Shown here: positions 30,495-39,948 of the stretch, piece after piece | Layout: each line of letters begins with the position of its first letter | Numbering within the stretch: position 1 is the first letter of the stretch | Assembly (NCBI GenBank): GCA_964551875.1 | Contig: CAZKEV010000001.1 | Location: forward strand, 11,303 to 75,302 | Direction: 5' to 3' | From: an uncultured Methanomicrobiales archaeon | GTDB taxonomy: Archaea; Halobacteriota; Methanomicrobia; Methanomicrobiales; JACTUA01 | Length of the DNA stretch: 64,000 nucleotides | Notes under the pieces: generated by a model | Seen by the model: the letters and a program-made list of their open reading frames with translations, nothing else | What the model was told of the DNA's origin: nothing | Databases searched by the model: none | Program-made: the position numbers and the translations under genes

Positions 30495-30887
30495 GTGGAG
30501 GGTTCCCCTGTGATCGAGGTCGATGACCGCTCGTTCCATGACCAGGTGGAGAAGGCGAACCTCCCGGTGGCGGTGATGTTCTATACCCCGACATGCGTTC
30601 ATTGCCGTGCCATGGCGCCCTACTATGCCCAGTACGCCCAGGAATACAAGGACAAGGTCCTCTTCGCCCGTGTCGATGTATCGGTGAACCTCTTCACGGG
30701 CGAGCGCTACGGGGTGAAGGGAACGCCCACCTTCAAGTTCTTCTGCCAGGGGCGCCCGGTCACCGAGCTCGTCGGGGCGGTCTACCCGGCTATCCTGAAA
30801 CGGACAGTGGACGAGGTCCTCGTCCACGGAAAGGAGTGCATCAGCAAGTCAACCGAGATCGACTACGAGATCAGCGGCTACGCGTGA
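30495..30887 (+). CDS. Thioredoxin-family protein
   Basis: FYTPTCVHC (CxxC), FARVDV, YGVKGTPTFKFF. Confidence 0.88.
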   Translation: MEGSPVIEVDDRSFHDQVEKANLPVAVMFYTPTCVHCRAMAPYYAQYAQEYKDKVLFARVDVSVNLFTGERYGVKGTPTFKFFCQGRPVTELVGAVYPAILKRTVDEVLVHGKECISKSTEIDYEISGYA

Positions 30888-31152
30888 ATCAGGTATATTG
30901 CTCCTGTTTCTACAATAAGACAATCCGGATAATTCAGCCTTTTTCCTCATTAAGCGTTTTATTGCTCCGATTTCTGCACTAAGCGCAGTCCAGATTTCTC
31001 AACCTTTTCCTCATCAGGCGGTTTCATGGGGAAGCAGTTGATCTCTGCCCGCAAGGGTTTTCACCCCCGCCGCCCGGGCATCCCCTGATTTGCGACAGGG
31101 TGGTGAGACCGAACAACAATACCCTCATCACCGATGGAGGATATGATACTGT

Positions 31153-31422
31153 ATGGCACTGATCGGCCTTCTCGTCCTTCTCCTGGTCATCATCGCCTTT
31201 GCAGCGGTCGTGTACTTCGTCATCAGGAACATCGGGCACCTGGTGATCAACTCGATTGTCGGGCTCGTGACCCTTCTTGCCGTGAATTCCTTTCATGTGA
31301 TGCAGTATGCAGGGAAACCCGACATCGGGGTTGAGTGGATCACGGTCATCATCTGCGCCCTCGCCGGGCTGCCCGGGGCGGTTCTCCTGGTCATCCTCGC
31401 CCTCTTCGGGATCACGCTCTGA
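31153..31422 (+). CDS. BofA-family small membrane protein
   Basis: Hydrophobic 89 aa; INSIVG...ITVIICALAGLPGAVLLVIL pattern. Confidence 0.75.
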   Translation: MALIGLLVLLLVIIAFAAVVYFVIRNIGHLVINSIVGLVTLLAVNSFHVMQYAGKPDIGVEWITVIICALAGLPGAVLLVILALFGITL

Positions 31423-31446
31423 TCCCGGGGATCCGCCGTCACTGTT

Positions 31447-31854
31447 TTAGTATTCATCCTGGGGCTTTGAGGTCACCGCCTCCTCCACTTCGGGTGCGAG
31501 GAGCCAGAGTGCTTCGCGGACCTTTTCGCGGATCCCGGGATCCCGATGGTCCTGCATCCGGTCGAGCCTGGCGATCACCCCCTGGCTGACCAGGGCTTCT
31601 TCCTCCCCTGCATTAGCAATGGCGATGATGATCGCAAGGGCCGATCGGACGATGTGCATATTTCTCTCCCCGAGAAGGCCGGTGATGATTTCGATACCCT
31701 CCCCGAGGATCAGATCGTCAGGCCTCCAGTCCTCGTCCTCGGTGCTCACCGCCAGGGCTTCAGCTGCGGTCTCCCGCACAGCTTCCCTCGGATCCGCGAG
31801 CCGGGCGAGCAGGTCCCCGGTGATCTCCCGTTGTGCCTCCAGTTCTTCTGACAT
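31447..31854 (-). CDS. HEAT/ARM-repeat protein
   Basis: LADPREAVRETAAEAL; DPGIREKVREALWLL; acidic and helical. Confidence 0.7.
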   Translation of the reverse strand: MSEELEAQREITGDLLARLADPREAVRETAAEALAVSTEDEDWRPDDLILGEGIEIITGLLGERNMHIVRSALAIIIAIANAGEEEALVSQGVIARLDRMQDHRDPGIREKVREALWLLAPEVEEAVTSKPQDEY

Positions 31855-32060
31855 CTTCTTTCCCTGCCTCTTCAGGTCGATGGACGGGAGGGTACTGCAC
31901 GGGAAGGGTTAAAAACCTGATGGTTCCTGGGGCCTGAAACGATCCCTCTCAGCCCATATCAAATTCCCCGCGCCGGGAAGGAGTGTACCGGCAGGTTCAC
32001 CGGGATCGGCTGCGAAACTCTCCCGAATTCTTGGGAAAAAAAGGTTGATTTCAGGGCGAT

Positions 32061-32366
32061 CTACTTCTTTGTCACCTTCGCTTCCTTGAACAGGTACTTC
32101 GCGACCAGGAAGATGACGAAGGCGATGATGATGAAGTTGATCAGCTCACCGAGGAATGCCCCCCATCCGATCTTGAAGGGCCCGATGGCAAATACCGCAG
32201 TCTTCCAGTCCCCGCCGGGGAGCAGGGGCGCGATGATGGCCATGATGATGTTGTCGACCAGGGACTTGATAACCGCGGTCGATGCAACGCCCATGATGAA
32301 GGCGATGGCAAGGGGGATGACCTTGTACTCATAGAGGAAGTCCATGAACTCCTTGATAAGACCCAT
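32061..32366 (-). CDS. mscL: Large-conductance mechanosensitive channel
   Basis: MGLIKEFMDF...LAIAFIMG...SLVDNIIM...GAFLGELINFIII; start taken at ATG 32366. Confidence 0.9.
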   Translation of the reverse strand: MGLIKEFMDFLYEYKVIPLAIAFIMGVASTAVIKSLVDNIIMAIIAPLLPGGDWKTAVFAIGPFKIGWGAFLGELINFIIIAFVIFLVAKYLFKEAKVTKK

Positions 32367-32518
32367 TTGTAAAACACCTCGCACAAAAGAAGGCAAACCC
32401 CCTATTTATCCATTGTGAAATGGTGCTGAACGGACGGCCCGATCCCGGGCCTGCCCCTTGAGCCTCCTTTTTGCCAATTGAGAGAAAGCGTATATAATCC
32501 ATCTGCTCACGCTGGTGC

Positions 32519-33451
32519 ATGAAACCGATCCGGGTTCTCGGGATCCTCCTCGTCATCTCCCTCGCGGCGAACCTGTACCTGGCATCCTTCCCGCTCCAGG
32601 GAGACCGGGCGGATCTCGCAGAACTCACGAGCCGGGTGAATATGCTCGAGTCCGAGAATGCCCGGCTCTCCATGCAGGTGGACAGGGATAATGCGACCCT
32701 CGGGGGGTACCAGAGCCAGCTCGGCCTCTACCGGATGCAGCTCCAGGAGCTGACCGGCCTCATTAATGTCTCCCCATCGGGAACGGGGCCGGTAGGATCG
32801 GCAGTCCTCCAGGGCCCTGCCGTTCTCCAGCAGATCCAGTACGACAGGGACAGCCCCTTTGCCAGGGGGCAGGTCGTCCAGTCCGGGGTCATGCTGAACA
32901 TCACCGCAGAGGTGAAGCCCGGGAAGGGGCGGGTCCTCGTGGATACCAAACCTCTCATGGGGCTCGTCTTCCAGGACGCGGCCAACACCGCCGTATACGT
33001 TGCCCAGAACCGGACAGGGATCTCTCTTGTCGGGAGCGACGTGATCTTCTCCATTAACGCGCCCGGCCAGGTACCGGCTGTGGACGGCCCGAGTGCAGGC
33101 GCCCTGATGACCCTCCTTGCCATCTCAGCTCTCGAGAACAAGCCCCTCCACGAGGATGTGACCCTCACCGGCACCATCGACCAGGACGGGAATGTCGGGG
33201 CTGTCGGCGGTGTCGTCGAGAAGGCCCGGGCTGCCAGGGACTCCGGCAAATCCGTCATCCTCCTCCCCAGGGCGAACGCGAACCTCCTCCAGTACACCCA
33301 GCAGACCCGCGAGTACTATGGTTTCAACGTGATCCAGCAGGTCCCGAAAAGCGTGGACGCGAAGACCTATGTCGAGGCAAATATCGGGGTGAAGGTCCAG
33401 TATGTCGATACTATCGATGATGTGTTCAGAATCGCGACCGCTCCGGGCTAG
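32519..33451 (+). CDS. Membrane-anchored S16 (Lon C-terminal) serine protease
   Basis: N-terminal TM and coiled coil; DGPSAGA (Ser), LTGTI, VGGVVEKA (Lys). Confidence 0.87.
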   Translation: MKPIRVLGILLVISLAANLYLASFPLQGDRADLAELTSRVNMLESENARLSMQVDRDNATLGGYQSQLGLYRMQLQELTGLINVSPSGTGPVGSAVLQGPAVLQQIQYDRDSPFARGQVVQSGVMLNITAEVKPGKGRVLVDTKPLMGLVFQDAANTAVYVAQNRTGISLVGSDVIFSINAPGQVPAVDGPSAGALMTLLAISALENKPLHEDVTLTGTIDQDGNVGAVGGVVEKARAARDSGKSVILLPRANANLLQYTQQTREYYGFNVIQQVPKSVDAKTYVEANIGVKVQYVDTIDDVFRIATAPG

Positions 33452-33470
33452 GGGCCCGCCCGGATCACGA

Positions 33471-33859
33471 CCGGTTTCCAACCGGTCGGATCGCGTCCGG
33501 TTATCAACCGTCCGGATCGCGACCGGTCAGGGACCGGCCGCAATATGTCCGGTTAAAAACCGTCCCCCACGCCACCGGTTTGAGAACCGTTGGTCGCCAC
33601 CGGTTTGACAACCGCTGGCTCTGCCTCGGATTTGAAAATCCTCGGCCTCTACCTCTGGTTTGATAACCCTCGGCATTGCGTCGGGTTATCCAATCCTCCG
33701 CTCTGGCTCCGGTTCATAGAACCGTCCCCCACGCCACCGGTTTGAGAACCGTTGGTCCCCACCGGTTTGACAACCGCTGGCTCTGCCTCGGATTTGAAAA
33801 TCCTCGGCCTCTACCTCGGGTTTGATAACCCTCGGCCTTGGGTCGGTTTCACTGAAACC
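33471..33859. repeat. Array of about 15 short palindromes with 25-29 nt period, containing a 162-nt near-identical duplication
   Basis: Units start at 33471, 33497, 33523, 33549, 33575, 33600, 33626, 33655, 33682, 33709, 33737, 33762, 33788, 33817, 33843; consensus CCGGTT-N3/4-AACCG. The segment from 33558 recurs at 33720. Confidence 0.88.
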
Positions 33860-33939
33860 TCCCCAACCCAAAATCATATCAACTCCTACCCCCATCAATC
33901 TCTGGTTTCGGATTCCGAAGCCTCTCTCGAGGAACTGTT

Positions 33940-34833
33940 ATGCCGCAGGGAAAGACATACCCCTACCCGTCAGGCGATGGTGAGGTGAAATGGGTCTCCA
34001 CGGAATGGCTCGCAGACCACCTGAAAGACCCGGGCCTCCAGATCATCGATTCCCAGCCGAACATCCATGACTACCTGAGGGGCCATATCCCGGGGGCCTT
34101 CTATGTGGAAGAGAACCATTTCAGGATAGCCCAGGAGAGGCCCGGGATCTTCCTGCCTCCCGAAATGGCCGAACTGCTCTTCCGGAGGCTGGGTGTCCGC
34201 GCCGATCTCCCGTTGGTGGTCTGCTCAAGCTCCGGCCCCCTCTCGGCCTGCACCACCTTCATCGGCGACGGCCTGGAGCAGACGATGCTTGCCTACACCC
34301 TCGCGCGGTACGGCCACCGGAAGGTCCACATCCTTGACGGCGGGGTCGACAAGTGGCAGGAGGAGGGGAGGCCGCTCTCCCAGACCTTCCCCCGGGTCGT
34401 GGAATCGGACTTCAGGGTCCAGCTCAGGCGTGAATTCTTCGTGGAATACAACGAGGTGAAGGCCATGAAGGACCGGCCCGACGTCATCCTCCTGGATGCC
34501 CGGCCCTCGCCCGTGTACGAGGGGCAGGGACCCTGGCCGAAGCCCGGCCACATCCCGGGGGCCGTCAACCTCCCCTGGAAGAGCCTCATGGACGATAAAA
34601 ACAAGAAGCTCCTGAAACCGGACGACCAGATCCAGGCTATCCTTGCCGAGAAGAAGATCACCCCCGACAAGAATATCATCTGCTCCTGCGGGACAGGGAG
34701 GGAGGCGACCAACGAGTTCTGCCTCTTCAAGTTCTACCTCAAGTACCCGAAGGTGAAGATCTACGAGGGGTCCTTCACCGAGTGGTCCATGTTCCCTGAT
34801 AATCCCACAGTGACCGGGAAGAACCCGAGATAA
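33940..34833 (+). CDS. Tandem-domain rhodanese / sulfurtransferase (SseA-like)
   Basis: GHIPGA twice, LDGGVDKW, active-site loop CGTGRE, YEGSFTEW. Confidence 0.92.
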   Translation: MPQGKTYPYPSGDGEVKWVSTEWLADHLKDPGLQIIDSQPNIHDYLRGHIPGAFYVEENHFRIAQERPGIFLPPEMAELLFRRLGVRADLPLVVCSSSGPLSACTTFIGDGLEQTMLAYTLARYGHRKVHILDGGVDKWQEEGRPLSQTFPRVVESDFRVQLRREFFVEYNEVKAMKDRPDVILLDARPSPVYEGQGPWPKPGHIPGAVNLPWKSLMDDKNKKLLKPDDQIQAILAEKKITPDKNIICSCGTGREATNEFCLFKFYLKYPKVKIYEGSFTEWSMFPDNPTVTGKNPR

Positions 34834-34846
34834 GGGCGGGCACCCT

Positions 34847-36232
34847 TCACGAAATTATTTTATGGAGGATGCGGAGCAGGTTTGCAAGGAACCGGCGCTG
34901 CCTCTCCATTCTCCTCACAAAGATGGCCTCTTCTGAGATGAAGAGCTCCTTTAAGTGGTAAATATCGGTTTTCGGCGAGAAGAATACGTAGATGGGTATC
35001 CCCGCGAGGATGACGAGCCCGCCAGCGAGCTTGTCAAAGAGGGATGTGGAAGCGAGGAGGTAGATGCAGATGGCGGCGCCTGCCCACGGGAGGATCCCGA
35101 TGCCGCGCGGGGTCTTCTCATCCCTCCTTGCGAGGAGAGTGAGGGCGAGGCAGGTGAGGAGGAAGGAGAAGGCCATGTTAAAGACCGAGAAGGAGATGAG
35201 GCCCGAGATGCCGGCAACCAGGGAGAGGAGGAAGGCGATGATGCCCTCTATGATGAGGGCTGCGTACGGTGTCCCGTACCTGGGGTGGATGAGGGAGAAG
35301 ACCCTCGGGAAGAGGCCGTCGATGGCCATGGCATAGGAGAGCCGGGCGGTCCCCAGGATCCCGCTCTCGTCCGACCCTGAGACCGAGACGAGCGCGCCTG
35401 CAGTCATGAAGATGGCCCCTGCAGCCCCGAAGAGCGCCCCGCCCACCAGGATGAGCGGGGTGGCCGACTGTGCAAGGGTCTCCCAGGGAACCATGCCGAA
35501 GACGACGAAGTTCGTGGAGAGGTAGAAGGCCGTGACCACGAGCATGCCCGAGATGATCGCCTTCGGGATGGTTTTTGTCGGGTCCTTCACCTCGCTCGCA
35601 GGGAGGGTCCCCATCTCGAAGCCCACGTACGCCCAGAAGATGAGGACGAAGGCGGTGCCGACGTTTCCGAACCCGAGGGGCGCGAAGGGGGTGTAGGTGG
35701 AGAGGAGCCTCGAGGGGTTGAGGGCGAAGACCGCGAGGCCCGCGACGACGAGGGCAAGGAGGGGGAGAAGCTTCACCATCGTGAGGAGGTCGTTCAGCCT
35801 CCCCGCGGCCCGGACACCCATGATGTTTACCAGGGTAAGGGTTGCTAGGAAGGCCCCCTTCACAAGGATCTCGGCGGGGGTGCTCAGGGGGATGAGAAAC
35901 TCAAGGTACTGCACAAAGGCGATGGCAAAGACCGGGAGGGCAAGGATCTCGGCGATCCAGAGGGACCAGCCCGCGATGAACCCGAAGAAGTCATCGAAGG
36001 CCTCGGAGACGAATGCGAACGGCCCTCCCACCCTGGGGAGGAAGTAGCCGCAGTACGCAAAGACCAGGGCAAGGACCGTGGCGCAGATCGCAGCAGCGAT
36101 CCAGACCACGATGGCGAAGGGCCCGACGAGCCCTGCCGTGAGGGCCGAGGCGATATAGATGTCTGCCCCGACGACAGACCCGATGACGATGTTCGTCAGG
36201 TCAAAGAGGGAGAGGTCCCGCCTGAGTTCCAT
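34847..36232 (-). CDS. APC-family amino acid permease
   Basis: IGSVVGADIY, YVGFE, EVKDP, RLSYAMAIDG, GTP; about 12 TM segments. Confidence 0.9.
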   Translation of the reverse strand: MELRRDLSLFDLTNIVIGSVVGADIYIASALTAGLVGPFAIVVWIAAAICATVLALVFAYCGYFLPRVGGPFAFVSEAFDDFFGFIAGWSLWIAEILALPVFAIAFVQYLEFLIPLSTPAEILVKGAFLATLTLVNIMGVRAAGRLNDLLTMVKLLPLLALVVAGLAVFALNPSRLLSTYTPFAPLGFGNVGTAFVLIFWAYVGFEMGTLPASEVKDPTKTIPKAIISGMLVVTAFYLSTNFVVFGMVPWETLAQSATPLILVGGALFGAAGAIFMTAGALVSVSGSDESGILGTARLSYAMAIDGLFPRVFSLIHPRYGTPYAALIIEGIIAFLLSLVAGISGLISFSVFNMAFSFLLTCLALTLLARRDEKTPRGIGILPWAGAAICIYLLASTSLFDKLAGGLVILAGIPIYVFFSPKTDIYHLKELFISEEAIFVRRMERQRRFLANLLRILHKIIS

Positions 36233-36260
36233 GCCGTTTGAGGGTATTTGACCGGCCCCT

Positions 36261-37145
36261 TCATGAGAGTATTGATCCCGGGACAGTGGTAAGGACGATG
36301 AGGGCCACCCCCATGATCATGATAAGGGCGCCGAGGATCCGGAACCGGAGTCCCTCCTCCCTGAAGACGAGGCCGCCGATGAGGACCGAGAAGAGGATGG
36401 AAAGCCTCTTCACCGCGATGACGTACGGGACGATCTGGAGGGTGTACGCGAGGTTGATGGCGATGGTCGCCCCCGTGAGAACCAGGCCGAGGGCGAGCGC
36501 CGCGGAGAAGGCGGCGCCCGGGGGGACCCGTCTCCAGCTCCCCCGTACGAGGGCGATCACCCCAAATGCTCCGCCGATATAGAGGCATGCGAGGGCAGAG
36601 CCGAACAGGGTATCCGATGCGAGGACCACCGCCTTGTCGAAAGGGAGGGAGAGGCTGTAGAGGAAGGCCACCCCGAGCATGGTCACGATCCCCTTCCAGC
36701 GTGCCCTGTCCCAGGGAGAAGAGGGCCCGGACCTGCCCGGGGACACCTGGATGCAGAATGCCCCGAGAACAATGAGGAGGATCCCTGCCATCCCGGCAGC
36801 CGTCGGGACCTCACCCAGGACCACGAACGAGGTGCCCATGAGGAAGACCAGGGTGAAGGTGATGATGGGTACCGCAAGGGAGAGGTCGGCCCTCCGCAGG
36901 GTGTAAAAGACGAGGGCAGCGGCGATGATGTTGATAGTGCCGGTGATGACAACCGGCTGGAAAAGAGCGGGGGAGACCTCCGGGAAACCCCTTGCGAAGG
37001 ATATGAGGAGGAGAAGGGCCGAGGTCGCAAGGAATGCCCCTGCAGCGAGCACCTCGTCCTTCACCGACGCAAGAAACCGTTTCGCCAGGGCATAGTACCC
37101 CGCGTCCAGGACGGCTCCCGAGAAGGCGAGGATTGCCCAGAGCAT
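36261..37145 (-). CDS. EamA/DMT-family transporter
   Basis: Two EamA repeats; LVFLMGTSFVVLGE and VKRLSILFSVLIGGLVFREE. Confidence 0.88.
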   Translation of the reverse strand: MLWAILAFSGAVLDAGYYALAKRFLASVKDEVLAAGAFLATSALLLLISFARGFPEVSPALFQPVVITGTINIIAAALVFYTLRRADLSLAVPIITFTLVFLMGTSFVVLGEVPTAAGMAGILLIVLGAFCIQVSPGRSGPSSPWDRARWKGIVTMLGVAFLYSLSLPFDKAVVLASDTLFGSALACLYIGGAFGVIALVRGSWRRVPPGAAFSAALALGLVLTGATIAINLAYTLQIVPYVIAVKRLSILFSVLIGGLVFREEGLRFRILGALIMIMGVALIVLTTVPGSILS

Positions 37146-37250
37146 ACCGGATCATCTCTCCATTGCGGGTAATAAGGGGTGGGGGGCGTCTCTATGACTT
37201 GCTTATTCAGACCCAAATCCCTTTCTTCAAAAAACCTGAAATAATGATAT

Positions 37251-38345
37251 ATGAGCCATGAGGCCAGTCATCAGGAGCAGAAAGACTGGCTCACCTCGCG
37301 AACTCTTCTTGCGGTCCTGGGCCTCATATGTATCCTCATCTGCGCCTCCCTTTTCCAGTTCGTTCTCTTACCCAAGATACATGCTTACCTTGTGAAATAC
37401 CAACCCAATGAGACCCTTCATCCCGAGATAACCGGAGGTCCAGATCCTGTCATCACCGCAATGCTGCTTCAGGTAAATGAATCTGAAATGTTCAGGACTG
37501 TTGAAGACCTGCAAAAAATTCCCACAAGAGCATATGGAAGCCCCGGGAACCGGGAGGCCGCAGAGTACCTCGACAGGCGATTATCAGCGTATCCGAATTT
37601 ATCAGTCGAGTACCAGGGTGGAGAACTCAGGAACGTCATTGCTACTCTGCCGGGCCAGGATCACGCATCTGAGGAGATTATTCTGGTGGGGGCCCACTAT
37701 GACAGCAATTCAACCGATCCTTCTCATGCTCCGGGCGTCACGGACAATGGCTGCGGCGTTGCCATCACGATGGAGCTTGCCCGGGTGATGAGCCAGTACC
37801 ATTTCCCCAATACCTTGAAGTTCGCGTTCTGGAATGGAGAAGAAAGTAAAGAGGGGGAGTTTTCCCTGGGGAGCACCTCGTATGCTCATCAAGCTAAAAA
37901 CCAATCTCTGGACATCTCGCTCTATCTGAATTACGATAGCGCATGCTATGATCCGGCGAACCGTTCGGTAATTGATATTATGTATAACCTGGAGTCCCGT
38001 CCGATGGCTGAAGAAATGGTCCGTTCTAATGGCCTTTACGGAATAAATGCCACTCTTACCTATAATCTCTTCAACTGTGTTGATGATATGCGTCCCTTCT
38101 GGTCAGAGGGGTATCCGGCGATCATGACTCACTCTGAATCCCATGGTTATCGCCATACCCCCAAAGATACCCTTGATAAAGCCTCGTTCCCCTATGCAAG
38201 AAAGAACGCCCGGCTTGGAATGGCAGTCCTGGCACATTATGCCGGGCTCGGGAAGAAAGTGTCTGGAAATCGTTTTTTCCTTCCATTTTTTCCATTCGTA
38301 AGCCAGACAAGATCGCATTTCATGATTCCAGCTCAGGTTCCATAA
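37251..38345 (+). CDS. Membrane-anchored M28-family metallopeptidase
   Basis: GAHYDS, PGVTDNGCG, WNGEE, NYD, HTPKDT; N-terminal TM. Confidence 0.85.
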   Translation: MSHEASHQEQKDWLTSRTLLAVLGLICILICASLFQFVLLPKIHAYLVKYQPNETLHPEITGGPDPVITAMLLQVNESEMFRTVEDLQKIPTRAYGSPGNREAAEYLDRRLSAYPNLSVEYQGGELRNVIATLPGQDHASEEIILVGAHYDSNSTDPSHAPGVTDNGCGVAITMELARVMSQYHFPNTLKFAFWNGEESKEGEFSLGSTSYAHQAKNQSLDISLYLNYDSACYDPANRSVIDIMYNLESRPMAEEMVRSNGLYGINATLTYNLFNCVDDMRPFWSEGYPAIMTHSESHGYRHTPKDTLDKASFPYARKNARLGMAVLAHYAGLGKKVSGNRFFLPFFPFVSQTRSHFMIPAQVP

Positions 38346-38532
38346 AAATCATAACATATAAAATATATATTATAAAATAGGTGACGATGCAATTTTCAAA
38401 GAGGAGCCAGGGAAGGGATTTATCGACTGCCGGTGATCGGCTGCTCCGGTTGAAGATGGAACGGCCGGGCCAGGGGGCAGCGAGTATGTTCGCACGTCCT
38501 CATCCAAACCTTTTCGACTCCGGTGAGAAAGG

Positions 38533-39681
38533 ATGAAGCAGGGTCCGGTGATCTTCCTCGTCTTTCTTATCCTCTTCCCTGGGTGCCTTCAGGACGGGCA
38601 TTCGCGAAACCCCGATCTTCCGGTTCAGGTCTCTCCGGGTACCACGGCCGTCGTGGTCCAGCCCCTTCCATCCCTCACCGAGACCACAAGCCCCACGACG
38701 ATTACCACCATCCTTGCTGTGGCAGGCCTGGGGGAGAAAAGATCCTTCACGTTCACCTCCGGGGGTAATGATTACTCATTCACCATCCCGGTGGCGACCA
38801 TTTCAGATCCGGGGAGCACAGAAACCCGGAACTGTCCCCTCATGTCCTGGAGAACCGGAGATGAGGAACGGCTGGCTTCCTACTATGCCGGTATCTTCAA
38901 GGATCCGGGGGAGGCACCGCTCTACGATGCACTCCTCGGGGAGTTCCGCCGCATCAGGAGGATGGAGGGGCTGAACGACGACGAGTACCTCGAACTCCTC
39001 ACGCATTTCGTCCAGCAGATACCCTATGATCCCATGGCTCCTATCTGCCCCAGGCGACCGGATCAGGTGATCCAGGACGAAAAAGGGGACTGCGACGAGA
39101 AGAGCCTCCTCCTGCTCGGGCTCCTGAACAGGGAAGGATACGATGCAGCCATCCTCCTTTTTCCCGGCAGACACCATGCGACCGCGGGGATCCGGATCGA
39201 GACCGAAGGGCGCCCGTCCTTCCGGGTCTACGAACTCAGGGGCAGGAAGTACGTGTACATGGAGACCACCCGGCCTTCTTTCATAGGCCTCTATCCTGAT
39301 GGGTTTGAGAATGAGAACCCGGTCATCATACCAACCGGAAACGGCACCATCACCTACCGGGCCATCAACGACGTGATGCACATCGTTTCGACCCAGAAAA
39401 GGATGGAAGATCGATTGCGGTGGATCAATGAAACAGGTACTGGGATGTTCAACGAGATCGAGAACCTTGAGCAGAAACTCAGCGCGGGGACCGGCTACTC
39501 CACCCGGGATGAATATGATGCGGACTATGCCCGCTATACCAGCCTTGTAACCCAGTACAACACCTATGTCGATGAATTCGGGAAGATCCGCGATGTGTAT
39601 CTCTACATACTCAAGCATCAGTGCGATCGGCAGGGAGTGAGCGGGAGGATCGCGAACAGCAAGGTGGAGAACCTGCTTTGA
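38533..39681 (+). CDS. Transglutaminase-like (cysteine protease fold) lipoprotein
   Basis: Lipobox-like FPGC; FVQQIPY, GDCDEKS, HATAGI, YMETT; helical C-terminus. Confidence 0.8.
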   Translation: MKQGPVIFLVFLILFPGCLQDGHSRNPDLPVQVSPGTTAVVVQPLPSLTETTSPTTITTILAVAGLGEKRSFTFTSGGNDYSFTIPVATISDPGSTETRNCPLMSWRTGDEERLASYYAGIFKDPGEAPLYDALLGEFRRIRRMEGLNDDEYLELLTHFVQQIPYDPMAPICPRRPDQVIQDEKGDCDEKSLLLLGLLNREGYDAAILLFPGRHHATAGIRIETEGRPSFRVYELRGRKYVYMETTRPSFIGLYPDGFENENPVIIPTGNGTITYRAINDVMHIVSTQKRMEDRLRWINETGTGMFNEIENLEQKLSAGTGYSTRDEYDADYARYTSLVTQYNTYVDEFGKIRDVYLYILKHQCDRQGVSGRIANSKVENLL

Positions 39682-39948
39682 TTGTTTTTAAGGCCTGAAT
39701 AAAAAATGGTTTGAAGATGTAAGAAAATCCAACTGCAATAAATAACCTCCCTTCCCTCTCTTCCACGAGTCACTTGCTCGATTCAGGGGAGGTTTCATTC
39801 AATCCAGAACCGTCGAGAAGATCGCTTATCAAGATATATCCCATCAATCTCCCCGCATCGGGTAAATATTTTTGATTGGGAAAAAATAATCATCAGAAAA
39901 AAATCACAATAGATATATAGAAAAAGGAGAAAAAATGTTGATACACCT

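Noticed and set aside
33471-33859. CRISPR array interpretation of the palindrome array
   Set aside because: Spacers are only about 10-14 nt, partly duplicated, repeats are heterogeneous, and no cas genes are in the window.
33402-33988. Short ORFs over the palindrome array (33402-33608, 33686-33898, 33752-33988)
   Set aside because: The 26-nt spacing breaks frame; translations show no consistent repeat or family signal.
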